A DNA stretch of 42,572 nt from Seison nebaliae (taxonomy: Eukaryota). Below are positions 40,049-42,572 of this stretch, in pieces. The translations under genes and the position numbers were made by a program. The stretch covers positions 1-42,572 of the forward strand of contig JALJEE010000916.1 in assembly GCA_023231475.1 (NCBI GenBank). Direction: 5' to 3'. Position 1 is the first letter of the stretch. Every line of letters begins with the position of its first letter. Under the pieces are notes generated by a model. The model did not search any database, was not told the origin of the DNA, and worked only from the letters and a program-made list of their open reading frames with translations.

Positions 40049-42426
40049 AATGGCAGTTCCAAAAGGAACGATGCATTTCTTCTCAGAATCTTTATATTTC
40101 TCTTTCATATTGAATTTAAGCTTCAAACTTTTTCAATCTTTTTAAATTTGAAAAATTTCAGTTATTTCAGTCCACCAATCCTTTAACTAAACATTTTACA
40201 TCGATATTTTCAAATATGTTGATCTTTTATCTGAGTCGTTCCTATGCTTTCTCTACTGCACAATATGCACTTTAACAGAAATTTTCATTTTAAAAGTTTC
40301 CTTCTTTCTTGATAATATATGTAAAAGGTAAAACTTACTATCAATTTGAAATTTTCCTAAAATTAATTTGATGTTTCGTTAATAATTCTTTAACAGATCG
40401 AATAAACTTACTAAATAAGTTCTATTCATTTTTTTGACATTTATTCTGTTCTTCTGCAGTTATGATCACTTGCACCAAGAAAGAGGAGGAAATCCTATTA
40501 TTGCATGATTAAATTGTAAATTACGAAATTTCATTGTAGTAAATTTATTAGAAGAAAGTACCGAAATATTTTGTAGGGAACTGAAATGCAAAATAAATGA
40601 CGTCGGTTGTATATTGATTGAAATATTAATGATGAAATAATTGAAGGATTTAATGAAGGAATAATTTCATTTTATTTTAATTCGAAATAAGAATTTAAGT
40701 ACAAATACCTAACTTTAAATAAGTACAACAAGAGAAAAATAGAATTGTTAATGGAGAGAGTGAGAAGAGTTGAATTCGTATACTATCGCTAATTTCGTAT
40801 AAATTCATTTCGCAAATATACAACAAATTATTTTTGTTCGTGTTCGTTTCCCCAGCACTATTGATAATAAAGTTTTAAATTCTCTTATGTAATCATCATT
40901 GGCATGTATATGAGAAGAAGCTGTACGATTTAGCTTTCCTGTCTGATAAACATCAATTTTGAGGTTTTCATAATTTGGATATAGAAAAATGATGATAGGA
41001 AAGATATTAAATGACTTCTCATATGAAGTACTCGAATAATAGGAAAGCAGAGTTTGTAGAGACGATTGAAGTGTTTATAATAAAATTAGATTTTATTTCA
41101 AAAACAAAAGAAACCTTTCGACAATAATCGTTGTGAAGGTTGAAATATTTATTTGTTCATTGGTTCTTTGGAAATCTGAATGGAATATAAAACTTTCGTG
41201 TTTTCATATTATTATTAGTCATTTGTTATTTTTTATATTCTCATTCTTTGTTCTCGTCTCTTATGGAATTATTTTTTTAGTTTTCTTCAATTAATTTTTA
41301 ATTAATTTTCAATCTCTAACTTTTCTTTAAATTCTTTAACTTTTTCACGAAAAGTCGAAGAAGAGAACTATAGTAGAATTATGTGAGAATAAATTTGTGT
41401 GTCTTTCTTGTTAGTTTAAGTCTAGGAATCGAAAAAAGTAGATTTGTCCGCCCATTATGCCGGTTAATAATGGTATCAGGTTGAGAAATTATTTTGTTAG
41501 AAGTTTTCTTTTTCACAAATTCTTCAATTGGAAGTGAAGTGAAGTTGTTGGATTGGTTTGTCGATTAGATGAGGGACAAAACAATAATTTTTATTGTGGA
41601 TTGTTTGTGGTTGGTGAGACATTTTATGTAGTCAAATATTTTACAATTATGTGTGAATATGTGAAAGTGATCATTGTCGTTCGACATGAGTTAAGGATCA
41701 TCTTCAATCGATGGTCCGAATAACATGAAATGAATGACCGATATGTTATTGGTGAAATGTTTGTCTAACTAGATTGATATCTCTTAATATATATATATAT
41801 GTCTTTCATCATTCTTTCCCAATATCTACTTAGCAATTTGGCGTTATAATAATGAAGAAAATATTGGAACGAAGAGTTAAGACGAATCGATTTGATCCAT
41901 CTCGTCGAAGGACACGAATGACGATAATCCTCTCAATCAACAAACTTTAAATTTGTGAAAGTCAATTCATTCATTCTATTATTTGCGATAAACGGGAACG
42001 ATGAAATTTCTTTTTTCCTTCCTATTTTCACAAAACAATCTTTTCATTCATTCATTGAGAGTCTTTTGTCTTGCTTCAATTATTTTTCGTCGAACATTTC
42101 AAAATTGTATTTTGTCAAAAAATTCTCGTTCGTGTTAGAAGTTCAAAAAATTGGTCAATAAAAAACGTTTGGCAGATGACATTTATCAAAATTAAATGTT
42201 TAACGCAAGAAAACATCAACAACAATAAGAGTGATAATAAAAAAAATGCCAAAATATTTAATAAAATTATCAGTTCTTTAATTGGAATTGAGAACAGGAT
42301 AATTTACTGGAATGTTTTCCTCTTTTTTCTAATTGATATGTTTCTCTATCAATTTCCTAGGAATATAACGTTTGAGTGTGAGCGAACATGGAGAGGAATG
42401 TCCTATGTGATTTCCTTCGAGTCTAG

Positions 42427-42472
42427 GACATAAGAGCCACGAGACAAAAGAGCCACGGACAAAAGAGCCACG
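42427..42472. repeat. Three tandem 15-bp GACAAAAGAGCCACG units, possibly subterminal repeats of a DNA transposon end
   Basis: gacataagagccacg-a-gacaaaagagccacg-gacaaaagagccacg, GC-rich relative to the flanks. Confidence 0.7.
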
Positions 42473-42572
42473 CAGACTTTGATTTTCTGAAATTTATTGA
42501 TTGAAAATAAGTAAAACACAGTATATAACTGTATAGGATTGTCATGTCTGGATTTTTGTTTTCCAAAATTTA

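Noticed and set aside
40217..40510. Possible small spliced plus-strand gene (GTT...CAG intron-like segments at ~40238-40278 and ~40419-40459)
   Set aside because: I could not assemble a convincing open reading frame. It may be a non-coding or chance pattern and needs RNA-seq.
41955..42433. 68-aa and 120-aa plus-strand ORFs
   Set aside because: Non-ATG starts, low complexity and no recognisable domain
42427..42472. CRISPR-like array
   Set aside because: Eukaryotic context, and the repeats have no spacers

Overview
Very AT-rich, intron-containing animal genomic DNA. An IR25a-type receptor points to a protostome, and an axonemal dynein implies motile cilia, so this is not a nematode. About 9 kb of non-coding sequence with a MITE-like inverted-repeat element precedes a gene-dense block. 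The block holds Kv4/Shal (+, 6 exons), ARL6/BBS3 (-, intronless), an orphan ORF (+), an IR25a-like ionotropic receptor lacking the ATD (+, 4 exons), and a ~1987-aa secreted chitin-binding-like/EGF protein with a huge Q/N/G-rich repeat tail (-, 3 exons). It ends with a LIV-1-family ZIP transporter (-, 7 exons) and a DNAH7-like inner-arm dynein heavy chain (-, 21 exons, ~4119 aa). The most striking result concerns splicing: of 36 introns reconstructed by hand, 35 begin GTT, one begins GTG and none begins GTA, and most are 41-59 nt long. This suggests a divergent 5' splice-site code in this lineage. RFX X-box motifs lie just upstream of ARL6, the dynein and the IR gene. All gene models were spliced by eye and no database searches were run.
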